Origin: Rebecca billardiae RCC1528
Taxonomy: Eukaryota > Protista > Haptophyta
Direction of reading: 5' to 3'
NCBI GenBank assembly: GCA_965240325.2
Contig: OZ251225.1
Location: 372,001-436,000 of the forward strand
Length of the DNA stretch: 64,000 bases
This document shows, in pieces, positions 33,698-45,044 of this stretch (the first letter of the stretch is position 1; each line of letters begins with the position of its first letter). The notes beneath the pieces were generated by a model. The model saw nothing but the letters and a program-made list of their open reading frames with translations, ran no database searches and was not told where the DNA came from. A program made the position numbers and the translations under genes.

Positions 33698-33848
33698 TGA
33701 CTCCCCTTGGTTGATGCGTCGTCGGCATCGTCGGAACCAAGGCAACACCCAACACGGCTGCGCTTGGCAGCTCGCTCACCGAGACATCAGAACAGGCCAA
33801 CAGGGCAATGGCGGCCAACCAGATCGGCGAGTCCGACGCCCTCATGTT

Positions 33849-35729
33849 ATGATGCATCCTGCTGCACGACGAGACATGAGACGCCGCGCGGGCACGGGCA
33901 ACGCGGAGCTGTGGCGGTGGTACGTGGCATGCACGCTCGGTGCAACGACCTTGACGCTTGCCATCGGTGTCTGGTGGACCTTGCGCGACGGCAGGCGTCC
34001 GGCTGCGCCGCGCCGACACCCCAGCCTGGCCACCGATGCGCTTGGCGAGTGCATCTCACTCCACAGCTCGCCCGTGGGCTGCGAGGCGCGCGGCGAGGCG
34101 CGCGGCGGCGGCTCGTCATTCGCAGCCACCGACGACATCTACCGCGTGCGCCGCTTCTGCGGCCGGCGGCTCAACACGACCAGCCCGTGTTACGAGCTCG
34201 AGGGTGTGACGCGCTGCCTTCCGGCCTTCTTCCTCGTCGGCGTGATGAAGGCGGGCACGAGCGCGCTCGCGCAGTACCTCTCAGAGCACCCACTCGTGAT
34301 CCCGCCGCGTCAGAAGGAGTCCTACTTCCTCTCTCGCTACCACGAGCACAGGCCGCTGTGCGCGTGGGCGGCCTCGTTCCCACAGCTGGCCGACGGATCT
34401 CGCGCGCTCACGTTTGACGCCTCGCCCAATTACATCTTCCGGCGCACCGCGGCGCGCTTCGTCCGGGAGCTGCTGCCCGAGGCTCGCGCGATCGTGCTGC
34501 TGCGCTCGCCTGTCGAGCGTGCCTTCTCGCAGTACCGCTTCGCCCTGCAGCTCGGTGAGCACGGCGGCGCGAGCAAGCCCGAGTGCGTCGCCTCGCGCGC
34601 GCGGCTGCGCGCGCTGCTCGGGCGCCGCTCGTTCTCGAGCTTCATCGACGAGGCCGACGCGCGCGGCGCGCTGCACGCGTGCGGCATTGGGCTCGACGTG
34701 GCGCGCTCACGGGCGACGGGACACACAGTGCTCGCGCGCGCGCACGCTGGAGCCCACCGAGCGCGGCGCGCTCCTCTCGCACATCTGCTCGGCGGGGCTG
34801 ACAGCAGCGTCGAGGGCGGCGACGGCCGCGGTGGTGGGGGCGCACAAGGCGAGCAAGGCGACGGGGGGGACCCGATCATGCGCGCGGTCTTCTCCGAGCG
34901 TGAGCGCTTCTGCGTGCTGGATCAGCTCGAGACGTCGGAAGAGCTCGCGGCCGAGAGTGGGGCGGACGACCCACGCGGCGCGCGCGCGCATCTGCTCCGC
35001 ATCGCCATCGAGTCTGTGCGGCTGTGGCGCGATCTCGCGCGCGAGGGGCGCGCGCAGGCCCGTCCAGCTGGCGCTGCGCCACGCACCGGCTGCGCGCGAG
35101 GCGGGCGTTCGGAGGTGGTGCCCGGGGTACCCGGGCTGGGAGACGGTGAGAGCGAGGGCGTCGGGGAGGAGGGGAGCGCGGATGGTGGCTGTGGCAGTGC
35201 CGCCGCGAAGGCGGTCACCCAGCCTGCGCTGCCTGCGCTCGCGCGAGCCTGGGCCGAGGAGTGGCGGCTGCTGCGCGCGTGCACCGGCGGCACGATGAGT
35301 GTGGCCATGGTCGAGCTCGGGCACGAGTACGCGCGGGGCGTCGGGCTGTGGTTTGGTGCGATAGGGGTGCAGCGCATGCTGCTCCTGCGCACGGAGGACA
35401 TGGCCGCGGACACGCCGTCGGTTGTCGGCCGAGCCCTTTCATTCGTCGGGCTCGGCGGGCCCCACACTCCCCGCTCGGCCTCTGCAGGGCCGATGCCCAA
35501 GCTGTGCCCTCTGGACTTTGGCGTCCAGCTCGGCGCGGACGCGTCGAGCTCGGCGCAGCTCGGGCCATGCGATGCACGACCAGCGCTGCCGTCCGACGGC
35601 TCAGCCAGCGAGGTGGCGCTGAGCGCGTCGGAGCGCGCACGGCTCGAGAGGCTGTACAGCCCATCAGTTGGGCGGCTGCGGCGCACGGTGCGCGCGTGGA
35701 CGCGCGCCGACTGGGCACCCTGGTGGTGA
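33849..35729 (+). CDS. Type II membrane sulfotransferase (HS3ST/NDST-like PAPS-binding domain); start uncertain (33714, 33849 or 33876)
   Basis: N-terminal TM; LPAFFLVGVMKAGTSAL (5'-PSB), KESYF, FDASPNY and LLRSPVERAFSQY (3'-PB). Confidence 0.88.
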   Translation: MMHPAARRDMRRRAGTGNAELWRWYVACTLGATTLTLAIGVWWTLRDGRRPAAPRRHPSLATDALGECISLHSSPVGCEARGEARGGGSSFAATDDIYRVRRFCGRRLNTTSPCYELEGVTRCLPAFFLVGVMKAGTSALAQYLSEHPLVIPPRQKESYFLSRYHEHRPLCAWAASFPQLADGSRALTFDASPNYIFRRTAARFVRELLPEARAIVLLRSPVERAFSQYRFALQLGEHGGASKPECVASRARLRALLGRRSFSSFIDEADARGALHACGIGLDVARSRATGHTVLARAHAGAHRARRAPLAHLLGGADSSVEGGDGRGGGGAQGEQGDGGDPIMRAVFSERERFCVLDQLETSEELAAESGADDPRGARAHLLRIAIESVRLWRDLAREGRAQARPAGAAPRTGCARGGRSEVVPGVPGLGDGESEGVGEEGSADGGCGSAAAKAVTQPALPALARAWAEEWRLLRACTGGTMSVAMVELGHEYARGVGLWFGAIGVQRMLLLRTEDMAADTPSVVGRALSFVGLGGPHTPRSASAGPMPKLCPLDFGVQLGADASSSAQLGPCDARPALPSDGSASEVALSASERARLERLYSPSVGRLRRTVRAWTRADWAPWW

Positions 35730-36225
35730 GCTGCCGCAGCCGAGCGCTGGCTTTGCATCGACGGTCTGCCCAGCTTAATTTATTGTTGTTTTCTTCGGCC
35801 GCCCCAGTCCCAGACGCCACCCCATCTTGGCCAGCCATGCCGCAATGCCACCAGCATCCGGCATCATCGCTCCTCGCCCGTCGCCGTCGGCGGCGGCGGC
35901 GGCCTTGTCGGCCCCGCCCAATTCCGACTATCGACCGTTTGTCACGCCCGGACCACGAGGCCGCCAGTCGGCCATTGATTGGGCAAATCGTCAAAAAAGT
36001 GAGCACAGCGCGGTTTCGGCGAATCGGCGCCGCCGGGTGGCCGAGTCGAATCTAAAAGCTGAAGCAAGGATCAGCCAACAGCGCTCGCGAGCCAAACGGT
36101 CGTCACTTCACTCGCGCGCAGGCGCCACGAGAGGCGTCTCGAGGCAGGCGGAAGGCCTCGCTCGCTCGTTGCGAGCCGTGTCGCTGACGCCCCCCTTACG
36201 AGAGTCTCGCGCGCACTCGGGGCAG

Positions 36226-37161
36226 ATGAGCGCGTTCGACGCCGGGCCGCCGGTGGTCGCCTCCTCGCCGATCGGCTCAGTGGATGCTCATCCTCCCCCA
36301 CAGGCGACGGCGCCCCTCGGCGAGCTTCGCATCGTGATCCCGGAGCCGTGCGTGAACGAGAGTGTAACGCCTGGAGCATCCGCGTCTGGCTCGGTGCTCA
36401 CGCATGCTGCGAGCATGCTGGATGCGGCTGCGTCGAAGCGCGGCAGTGGCTGTCGAGGCTCGAGGAAGCGGCCGTGGACGCCGAGCGAGGACGAGAAGCT
36501 CGCGGAGCTCGTCGCAGCACACGGCGCGCACAAGTGGGCCACGATCGCCGCGGGGCTCGGCAACCGGCTTGGCAAGCAGTGCCGAGAGCGCTGGCACAAC
36601 CACCTGTGCCCCGCGCTGACGAAGCGGGCGTGGACGCCCGAGGAGGACGCGGCCATCAAGCACGGCGTGGACACGCTCGGCACCAAGTGGTCCGAGATCG
36701 TCAAGCAGCTCCCCGGCCGCACGGACAACGCCATCAAGAATCGCTGGAACTCGCAGCAGCGCAAGCTCAGCCGGAAGGCGAGCAAGGACGCGAGCACGGT
36801 CGCGCGCAAGCTGCTGGTGAATACGCCCTCGACGCGTTCCCCGTCTGGAAGCGAGCCGACCACGACGCCGCCACCGTCGACGACGGCCGACACAGCGCCG
36901 GCCGCGCACGGCATCTGGCAGCAGCAGCTCACGCCTCAGCCCGCGCTGACCATGCCAATGGTGACCAGCGGCGCGCCCGCGTCTGCCCGCCCGCTGGTGT
37001 ACGGGCGTGTGGTCTTCACGCCTCCGTCGCGCGCCTTCATGCCGACGCACCACTGCGCTGCGCCGGCTCCCATGCCACCCTCGCTGGCTGCGTGCGAGCC
37101 GGGCCACCTGGAGGCCGCGATAGCCATTGCGCAGCTCAGCTGTGCAGCGCCGCATCACTGA
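36226..37161 (+). CDS. R2R3-type MYB transcription factor
   Basis: KRPWTPSEDEKL...WATIA...RLGKQCRERWHNHL...WTPEED...KWSEIVKQLPGRTDNAIKNRWNS; start approximate. Confidence 0.93.
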   Translation: MSAFDAGPPVVASSPIGSVDAHPPPQATAPLGELRIVIPEPCVNESVTPGASASGSVLTHAASMLDAAASKRGSGCRGSRKRPWTPSEDEKLAELVAAHGAHKWATIAAGLGNRLGKQCRERWHNHLCPALTKRAWTPEEDAAIKHGVDTLGTKWSEIVKQLPGRTDNAIKNRWNSQQRKLSRKASKDASTVARKLLVNTPSTRSPSGSEPTTTPPPSTTADTAPAAHGIWQQQLTPQPALTMPMVTSGAPASARPLVYGRVVFTPPSRAFMPTHHCAAPAPMPPSLAACEPGHLEAAIAIAQLSCAAPHH

Positions 37162-37501
37162 TTGATTGATGACCGATGACGCCGTGTGGAGAGGCCCAGG
37201 GGTGGCGGGGGCGCGTGCCAGCTCGCTCGTGCCAGCCAGGCTGCGACGAGGACGCGGCGTCGGCTGTGCTCACAGGCCGCGGGCGGGAGGTGTTCTCCGC
37301 GCCCCGGCCCGGCCGGGCACGGCGGCGGCTGAGCCGGCCGACACTCGACAGCCCGGCCGTGACTCGACTCGTTCGAGCAGTTTGCCGTTCAAGGGCGGTG
37401 CGGGCCGCGCGGGGCCGGACTCTCGTGAAGAGAATCCGACTCGTCGGCCCGACTCGTTACTCACTCACTCGCGGCCACACATTAGCCTGATGACCGTACT
37501 C

Positions 37502-39443
37502 ATGGCCCGCGGTGCAGGCCAGCAGGGCGGAGCGCGTAGCGTGGAGCCCCGCCGGGGGCCCTCACTACGTTGTCAAAAAGATCTTTTGATCAATAAAGAA
37601 AAGGGGATGGGGGACGATTTTGAGGGCTGTTGGAGGGTGAGTTTTCGACTTTTTGAGGGGGGTTATGCTGTCCATCACAGCTTAAAAGGCCGCGCCCGCT
37701 GCAATTCTTGTATCTACTATGGACGGACGTGGGATCAGATACCCCGGGGGTGAAACAAGCAAGTGAGTATTCCTATCCCTCTTGTATGCTGAAGTACGAG
37801 TTTGCCGAGCGACGTTTGATTGTTTTGGGTCGAAAACAGCTATGAGGCCAGATTCGTTTGAATAGTGCTTGTTCAAATACGTTACCCGCCTGCCTCGATG
37901 GATGAACCGCCTCGTCATATGAAAAGAGATTCTTTTCAATAGCGCTTGTCCAACCAAGTCACCCGTCGTCTGCCTCGATGGATGAACCTCCTGAGTGTCA
38001 TAATGAAGGGATTGTTTTGAATAGCGCTGGTTAAACCAAGAGACCCGCCTGCCTCGATGGATGAACCTCCTTTGCCATAATGAAATAAGAAAAACGGGTT
38101 ACCCGCCCGCCAGCGTCTCGCGACGAGGACGGGTGCCCAAGCGTCGCAAGCGCGCACATCATGATCATCGCCGTCGGACTCGGCGGGCCCATCTTCGGCC
38201 GGCTCGAGCTGATGCACATCACGACGCTCAAGCAGGCGCTGTCCGTACCGACGTTGGCGCGCCTCCAGCGGATGGTCGACAAAGCACCCGTGGGCGAAGG
38301 AGGACCACAATCATGGCCGAGTCATCGGAGACGTCGCTGACCTCGCGGCTAGTCAAACATCAACCGCTCAGCCGGTTGCCACCGCGGCCGAGCGGTGCGC
38401 GCTCGCCACCGCGGCCGGCGCTGTGCACGGGCGTGCTGAGCCCGGGCCGCGTGAGCTCGCCCACCTCGCCCGGCGCGCACGCCGACGCCGCCACCGCGGC
38501 TCGGCGGCCGGACTCATCTCGGCCCGCAGCGCGTGCGTCCCCCCGCGGCGGCGCGCGCCGCCGTCGCCGCCGCGCAGGCCGTGCACTCGGTGGATGAGGA
38601 GACGGCCCTGCTGCGCGCGGAGCGCTGCGCGCCGCGCGCTGCTCCTGCTGCGGCGCGCAGTAGTCCGCTCGTCCGCCCCGCGGGCTCGCCACGGAGCCGA
38701 CGAGCGCGATGACGACAATCGAATGAGCACGAGTGCGCACGGAGGCGCTGGGCGCCGAGCTGCCGAAGCGCGGCGCCGAGCTCGACGCGCTGCGCGACGC
38801 GGCGACGGACGCGCTGGGCGCGCGCGGCGCCCTCGTCGCGACGCCCCTTGCAGCAGCTCGAGCAGCCAGCTGTGGAGTAGACGGCCGTCGACTCGAGGGC
38901 GCCACCGCGCCGGGTGAGTGAGCACGCACGGGCTCCGCCTCGGTCGGAGGCTGGCTGGCCGCCGCCGTGGCTTCGAGGCCGACGCGGCGGAGGAGGCGGC
39001 GGGCGAGCACGGTGGCGCGGTGGAGCAGGCGCGCACGCGCGGCGGCAGGCGCGACCCGCCGCTCGCCTCGTTCCACCCCGAGCTCCGCTCGGTCTCGCCT
39101 CTCGGTGCGCGGCTGCGCAGCGCCGTGAGCGCAGGCTGGGGCCGCTGGGGGTGGGGCCAGCAGAGTGGTGCGCGCTCTCGCTCTGCCGGCACGAGGCGCG
39201 CCGGCTGAGCGACCAGCGGCCCGTCGTCGAGCGCGTGGCGCAGCGCGAGCACCTCAAGGCAGGCTCGCCCTGCGCGCGCGCGCCGCTGCCCCGGCCGCCG
39301 TCCGTACTTCTTCGCGCGGGCCCGCGGCGACAGTCCTCATCGGCCCGCCATGTTCGGACCAGACTGAGACAGCAGCCGACGGAGGGTGCACCGCGGGCCC
39401 CTAACTACGTTGGTTCTACGGAAGGACCGCGGAACGCGGTCAT
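37502..39443 (+). mobile_element. Helentron/Helitron2-like element, copy B
   Basis: 37502-38116 is highly similar to 27972-28596, and the last ~70 bp are near-identical to the 3' end of copy A; the interior is unrelated. Confidence 0.78.
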
Positions 39444-40414
39444 TATTCAGCTATTTAATAAGTCTGCTGATCGACACTTATTGCCAAATTATTTTGCCGA
39501 CGAATCGTACTTCGTAGTCGGCATCAACTGCTGCCTAAACTCGCGCGGCCGCGTGCGCTGTTGGCATCAGTGTTGGCATTAGCTACTCGCTCCACTCGCC
39601 GGCGCGCACAGGTGTCAGGTGACAGGTCTGCACGCAAGCATGCAAGGTTTCCTTCGGCCATCAACTTGAACTCAATCGCTCTCGTCGCTGCAGTAGTTAT
39701 ATGGCGCACGCCCCCCCCAAGGCGCCTAGGTCTGAGCGTGAGCGAACGCCGGGGCGGGGGCGGCGCACGTGCTCCGCAAAATCAAAAACGATTAATGGCG
39801 CGCGCGTGATGGTGCATGGGAATTTTGTAGTTTTATTTTAGCAGGGGCAGAATTGACAGAAACTGAGCTGCTACTTATGAATGGCAGTCACCCCCCTTGA
39901 TTACGGTTTGATTGCGTGTGTATGGGAGATTCTCCCGCCCCGTATTAATCCTTATTTCTAAGATATAGTACACTGTAATAGAAGAAATGGAACTCAAATA
40001 GAAAAAAGACGTCGTCTGCACCTTTCTCATAGTATGGTGGATCGTTCCGCGTTCGTGATTTCTCTTGCCGATATATTTTGGTTCACTGATTCGACGGAGT
40101 CGTCAATGCGGGTGGCAATCCAATTCTAGTGTATTTCAGATGACGAACGACACACGGCGCGCCTAGCTGCAGGCGAACATTCTCGCTCTGCTCGACCGGC
40201 GTGTCTGGGTGGGACAGCTTGAAGTTGATGCATAGTATGAGCATTTGTTGATGAGTCCTTAATTCACTCATCAACGAATGATGGCCGGGCCTGAAAATCT
40301 CATGAGCATTATATAAGAATTTCTGCCGCTTCACGTACGACCCTTGATTCCGTCCCGGCGTTTACCCCATTGACTAAGTCTGATCTAATTTAGAGAGAGA
40401 GAGAGTTTGTTGGG

Positions 40415-40703
40415 GTACAGTTTACTATGATTTAACGTGCACACTTGGTTAAGGCGTGATTAACGCCATCCAACACTGCACAAAGACACCGCCACAAAAC
40501 AGACCGGCGCAGGCAGGTGAGGGGCGCGTTGCCGCACCTCATCGAGGCGGCCATTGCAGCAAGCGGCCGCCCCGCGCTCGGAGGCACGCGCTCGAGAGCG
40601 CGCTCTGACACCACACGGGGAGGGTGCTGCACCTGGATGTTGTATCCCAGCCACCTCGAGAGTGCAGCCACGCCAAACACCTGCCTGCGCTGTGAGCGAC
40701 GCC
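40415..40703 (-). repeat. About 290-bp dispersed repeat, copy 2
   Basis: Reverse complement of 11001-11297. Confidence 0.9.
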
Positions 40704-40841
40704 TTCCTCGGTCCTCCGCGGCGGTTGGGCCATACATATGACAGCTTTCAAATAAGCTGTTGAGCTTTCCGGGTCGTATTTTTGTTCACGAAAATGTTAA
40801 TTCATTCGATCGTCATCTATATATTCATCATCATCATGAAT

Positions 40842-42493
40842 ATGACCGCGTTCCGCGGTCCTTTTCCGTAGAACGAACGTAGTTCAGGGCCCGCGGTGGC
40901 GGTGCACCCTCCATCGCAGTCGTCTATTGACAGACCCGGAGTTGCATGCCCGTACAACTAGACTCCAGCGGCGCGCCGCCGCCCGCCGCGCCCGGGGCGC
41001 GGGCCCATCGGCGCACTTCGCAGCCGCCGGCGCGGCGCCGATTGTGTACAGGCGGATGCGACGAGGCGTGATCGACGCATGAGCGCGACTCCACGTGCAC
41101 GCCAGGCCACGCGAAGCTGACAGCCAGGGAGCACGGTGCGGGGCCGCGGATTCGTTCGGGCCGCTGCTGCTGACTGACCGCTGTCCCGCCGCGGGTCACC
41201 GCGCACCGCGGCAGCGCCAGGATAGTTAGGTGATTTGCACTGGTCCGAGTAGGGTTCGACCAGCGCCTGCGCGACGGCCGACAGGCGGGCGCGAGGCGTG
41301 ATCGACGCATGAGCGCAACTCGACGTGCACGCCAGGCCACGCGGAGCTGACAGCCCGAGGGAGCACGGTGCCGAGGTCGGAGGTGCGACTGGGCACCAGT
41401 CACAGACAGATCGTTCGCGCACGCCGCGCGTGCACGGGCTGACACACCTCGATCAGGCTCGGCACGCGTTGCAGAGGCACAGCCAGCTCTGGGGACGTCA
41501 CGCACCACCGTCGCCCGCGCAGCTCGTCCTCCTCGTAGAGTACCGTTCAGTTCCGAGGCGTAGCCCTCGCTCAGAGTCGACCGGTCGACGATGGACTCGG
41601 ATCGTCGGCGCTCCCCGGAAAGGCATGGCAAGGGCGGCGCGTGGTGAAGTCGAAGACTCAGAGATCGATCAGTCCGGCATCAGGCGCCGCTGCCCCCGAG
41701 CTTGCGAGAGCCCGAATACAGGGCGGCTGCCGCGGCGCGGCCGGGGCGCCGCGGCCGGCCGACCGGCGCGCGGCCGCGCGCAGGCATCGACACGGGGCGG
41801 CGGGGGCGCGCGGAGTGAGCGGGGGCACGAACGCGATGTCGACGGCAGTCGGGACCCGCCGCAGCCGCGCGCTCCAGGCGCAACTCGCCGCGCGCACCTG
41901 CCCATCGCCGTCCTCACCCGTCGGTCGCTCGTCAGCTCGCCTCATCCTCTCGCGGTCTCGCCGCAGCCGTGGCGTAGAAAACGCGGGCCCGCCGGCGCCC
42001 CGGCTCCCGCTCCGGTGTCAGATAGTATTGAGATTCGCCGAGGTTGGCCCATCGGCTACTGACCCTTGCCTCGTCGGCTCCTGATACAGACACGGCGCGA
42101 TTGAATAGTTGATTCAACTGATTCAAGGGACGTACATGGTCACATCGGTTCGCGGCAATCTCTATCTAGATACGTCATCGCTCCTTGGACCTTGCTGCAA
42201 TCTCATTGGCCGGAAAAATCGCTTGTAACGGTTCGTTACGTTAGGGATCCTAAAGGGCGTGAAGTTTTTTGGACGGGCGTCACTCCACGCTTTACTATGA
42301 ACTTGCCGTGGGCGCGACCTTTTTCGGCCGTGATGCATGTTAGAGAGGGTCTCAAAATTCGAAACTCGGTCTCCTCCAGCCATGAAAATCGTCCCCCGTC
42401 CCTTTTTTCTTGATCAAAGATCTTTTTGAAACGTTGTTCGGGCCCGCTGGTGCGGGCTCCACGCTGCGCGCTCCGCCCTGCACCGCGGGCCAT
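40842..42493 (-). mobile_element. Helentron/Helitron2-like element, diverged copy C (inverted)
   Basis: The minus strand begins ATGGCCCGCGGTGCAGGGCGGAGCGCG...AAAAAGATCTTTGATCAAG and ends GGACCGCGGAACGCGGTCAT; internal ~78-bp direct repeat near 41062 and 41292. Confidence 0.75.
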
Positions 42494-42992
42494 AATTATA
42501 TATATATATATATAGCGGAGAATTCACTGATGCTTATTATATTCGGGAGCCGGGCGAGCCGGCGGCTGCCGCCGCCGGCCCGCCTGACGGGCTGACTCCC
42601 TGAGGCGGGGGGGTGGCGAAGCCGGAAGCGGTGCAGCCGACGGTCGTACTCGACCGGCCGGTCCGGTTACTAGCGTGCTGATCACGCCAGTCACAGAGCC
42701 GGCACTTCAAAGCAGCCGCATCATCGCCACTAGGTGCCTAAGCCATGCAGCGTGACTGATACCCGGCCCGGACGCGCGGTACGACGTACCCGGTACGGCC
42801 GTCGATCGACCGCGTACGACGCCGACGGCGGCACGCGACGGCGAGTACGTAGCGCCGCAGAGCCGCCAGCGGTATACCGAGCGCCGGCACAGAGCCGTGA
42901 CTCTTCACTGATGAAGATTTCCACGGTGAGCTTCCCGCGGTCGCGACCCGGAGCTGGGACCGGTGCCGGCCCGGTGCGCGGGCGTGCGCCGC

Positions 42993-45044
42993 TCATTTCT
43001 TCAGCGCGAAGCCCGGAATCTTGACATTCCGCTTCGGCGCAGTGGGTGGTGGGCCGGCCGAGGGCGAGCCGTCGTCCGGCATCACGCGGCTCTCGATCTC
43101 CTTGAGCACGTGCTGCAGCTCCTTGGCCAGCGGCGGGTCGGACTTGAAGTGGCGGACGAGCTCCTGCGCGTTCTCGCGCATGTGCTTCAGCGGCGGCGAC
43201 GAGAAGGGCGAGCCGCTCGCCGCGCTGCGATCGTCGCGGAGGAGCTTGAGTATTACGTCGAGCACGAGGATGGCCTGCGTCGGGTTGTGGTCCGACTCGA
43301 GCAGCAGCCTCGCCAGCATCACGAGCGAGGAGAAGGTGGTCTGTGTGCTGAGCCAGATGCGCGCCTTGTCCGTCTCGACAAAGCGGATGAGGAGCTGCAG
43401 CGCCTTGATGCGCACGGCGGCATGCTCGTCGTTGTCGTCGAGGTGCGCCCACGCCACGCTGAGCGCGGCGAGGTGCGCCTCCTCCGCCACCAGCTCGTCC
43501 GTGTACCCACTTGCGGCGAGCCGGTGCATCACCTGCAGCAGGTTGCGCTGCGTGCCCGGCTCGGAGGACTCGCCGAGGGTGGTGACGAGCAGGCCCACCC
43601 AGCGGCCCTGCACGAGCATCGAGGGGACGGTGGGGCGGAGCAGCATGCGCCCGAGCTCGAAGGCCGCGCGCGGCTGGTCGCCGCCGACGAGCGAGAGCTC
43701 ATTCATCCACCGGCCGAGAGTCGCCTGGAAGCCCTCCGAGTCGGCACTGCCCGCGCCCTGCTGCGGCGGCGGCTGCTCGACCTCCGCCTGCGGCGCGGCG
43801 GGTGCCGCGCGCGGCATGCCGAGCAGTCTGACCGGCGCGCCGGCCCCGGGCGCGCTCGGGCCTTCCAGCGTGCCGCACCCGTCGTCCGAGCGCGCCAGCG
43901 CCGATGCGGCGCCGCCGAGCGCGCCGCCCTCCGGCACCGGAGCAGGCAGCGTGTCGCCCGCGCCGAGCTGGTCGGCTCCGGTGGCCGTGCCTCCGCGCGG
44001 CGCCCCGGTGCGCCGGCGGCTGACGGCGGGGAGCTGGATGGACACGTCCTGCGAGAGGACGAGCGTGGCGGCCGTCCCGTTCGCGCCCGGCACGCCGAGC
44101 ACCGGCCCGCCACCCGCCGTGCGCTGCAGCGTGCCCCCGTCCGCGGTGCCGCCCGCCGGCTGTCCGATGGCGGCGCGCGCGCGCTCCACGGCGTCGACAA
44201 GCGGCGCAAGGGTCGCGGCGGGCGGCGCGCTGGCGACGAGCGGGTGGGCGAGCAGCGCCTGCGCCGACGCGCGCTGCGTCGGGTCCTTGTCCAGGCAGCG
44301 CTCGACGAACGAGACGAACTGCTTGGACCACTTGGACTCCTTGAGCTTTGGCGGCGGCGCGCTCGGGATCAGGAAGAGCGCGCGCACGGGCGGCGTGATC
44401 TGCCAGTGCGGCGGGTGCATCTCGGCGAGCTCGATGGCGGTGATGCCCAGCGACCAGATGTCCGTCTTCTCGTCGTAGCTCCCGTCCTGGATGAGCTCGG
44501 GGCTCATCCACAGCGGCGTGCCGATCACGGTGCCGCGGCGGCCGTTTGGGCCGAGGTCGCCCGCGACGCCGAGATCGCACAGCTTGCACGTGCCCACGGC
44601 GGTGAGCAGCAGGTTGGAGGCCTTGATGTCGCGGTGGACGAAGCGCAGCTCGTCGTGCAGGTACGTCAGCCCGCGCAGCGCAGACTCCATCACCGTCGCG
44701 ATCATCGGCTCGTCGAGCGCCGCCTTGCGCACGGCCATGGCGTCGAGGCACGAGCACGCGCACACCTCCATCGTGATCCACATCGTCGCGCCGTCGCGCT
44801 CGAGGTACGCGCCTTCGAAGGAGACGATGTGCATGGAGTTGCACTGCTTGAGCGCGGCGATCTCGCGCTCCAGCGAGGCCTTGCCCGACGCGCTGTCACT
44901 CACAGTCAGCAGCTTGACCGCGACCGTCTTCTTGTCCGCTTTGCGCGTCGCACGGTACACGACGCCGTACGAGCCGCGGCCGATGGTGCCCTGCACGCTG
45001 AAGAGCGAGACCGGGTCGCCCGGCGTGATGTTCTTCATGCCCAT
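42993..45044 (-). CDS. STE20 family (MST/Hippo-like) Ser/Thr kinase with C-terminal helical (ARM-like) region
   Basis: IGRGSYGVV, VAVK, HRDIKASNLL, DLG, VIGTPLWMSPE (STE20 GTPxWM signature), DIWSLGITAIELAE and RALFLIP. Confidence 0.93.
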   Translation of the reverse strand: MGMKNITPGDPVSLFSVQGTIGRGSYGVVYRATRKADKKTVAVKLLTVSDSASGKASLEREIAALKQCNSMHIVSFEGAYLERDGATMWITMEVCACSCLDAMAVRKAALDEPMIATVMESALRGLTYLHDELRFVHRDIKASNLLLTAVGTCKLCDLGVAGDLGPNGRRGTVIGTPLWMSPELIQDGSYDEKTDIWSLGITAIELAEMHPPHWQITPPVRALFLIPSAPPPKLKESKWSKQFVSFVERCLDKDPTQRASAQALLAHPLVASAPPAATLAPLVDAVERARAAIGQPAGGTADGGTLQRTAGGGPVLGVPGANGTAATLVLSQDVSIQLPAVSRRRTGAPRGGTATGADQLGAGDTLPAPVPEGGALGGAASALARSDDGCGTLEGPSAPGAGAPVRLLGMPRAAPAAPQAEVEQPPPQQGAGSADSEGFQATLGRWMNELSLVGGDQPRAAFELGRMLLRPTVPSMLVQGRWVGLLVTTLGESSEPGTQRNLLQVMHRLAASGYTDELVAEEAHLAALSVAWAHLDDNDEHAAVRIKALQLLIRFVETDKARIWLSTQTTFSSLVMLARLLLESDHNPTQAILVLDVILKLLRDDRSAASGSPFSSPPLKHMRENAQELVRHFKSDPPLAKELQHVLKEIESRVMPDDGSPSAGPPPTAPKRNVKIPGFALKK

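Larger units (their letters stand above)
31714..33709. mobile_element. Non-autonomous foldback-type TIR transposon (P/Galileo-like if the TSD is 7 bp; MULE-like if 9 bp)
   Basis: Perfect 23-bp TIR CAAGGGGAGTCAGGGTACAGCAC; flanking duplication GTTGATG (31707-31713 / 33710-33716), also readable as 9-bp GGTTGATGC with 22-bp TIRs; no transposase ORF seen. Confidence 0.9.

Noticed and set aside
33435-33713. N-terminal extension of the sulfotransferase ORF, and of BCD1 to 31805
   Set aside because: The extensions lie within the foldback transposon and start at non-ATG codons.
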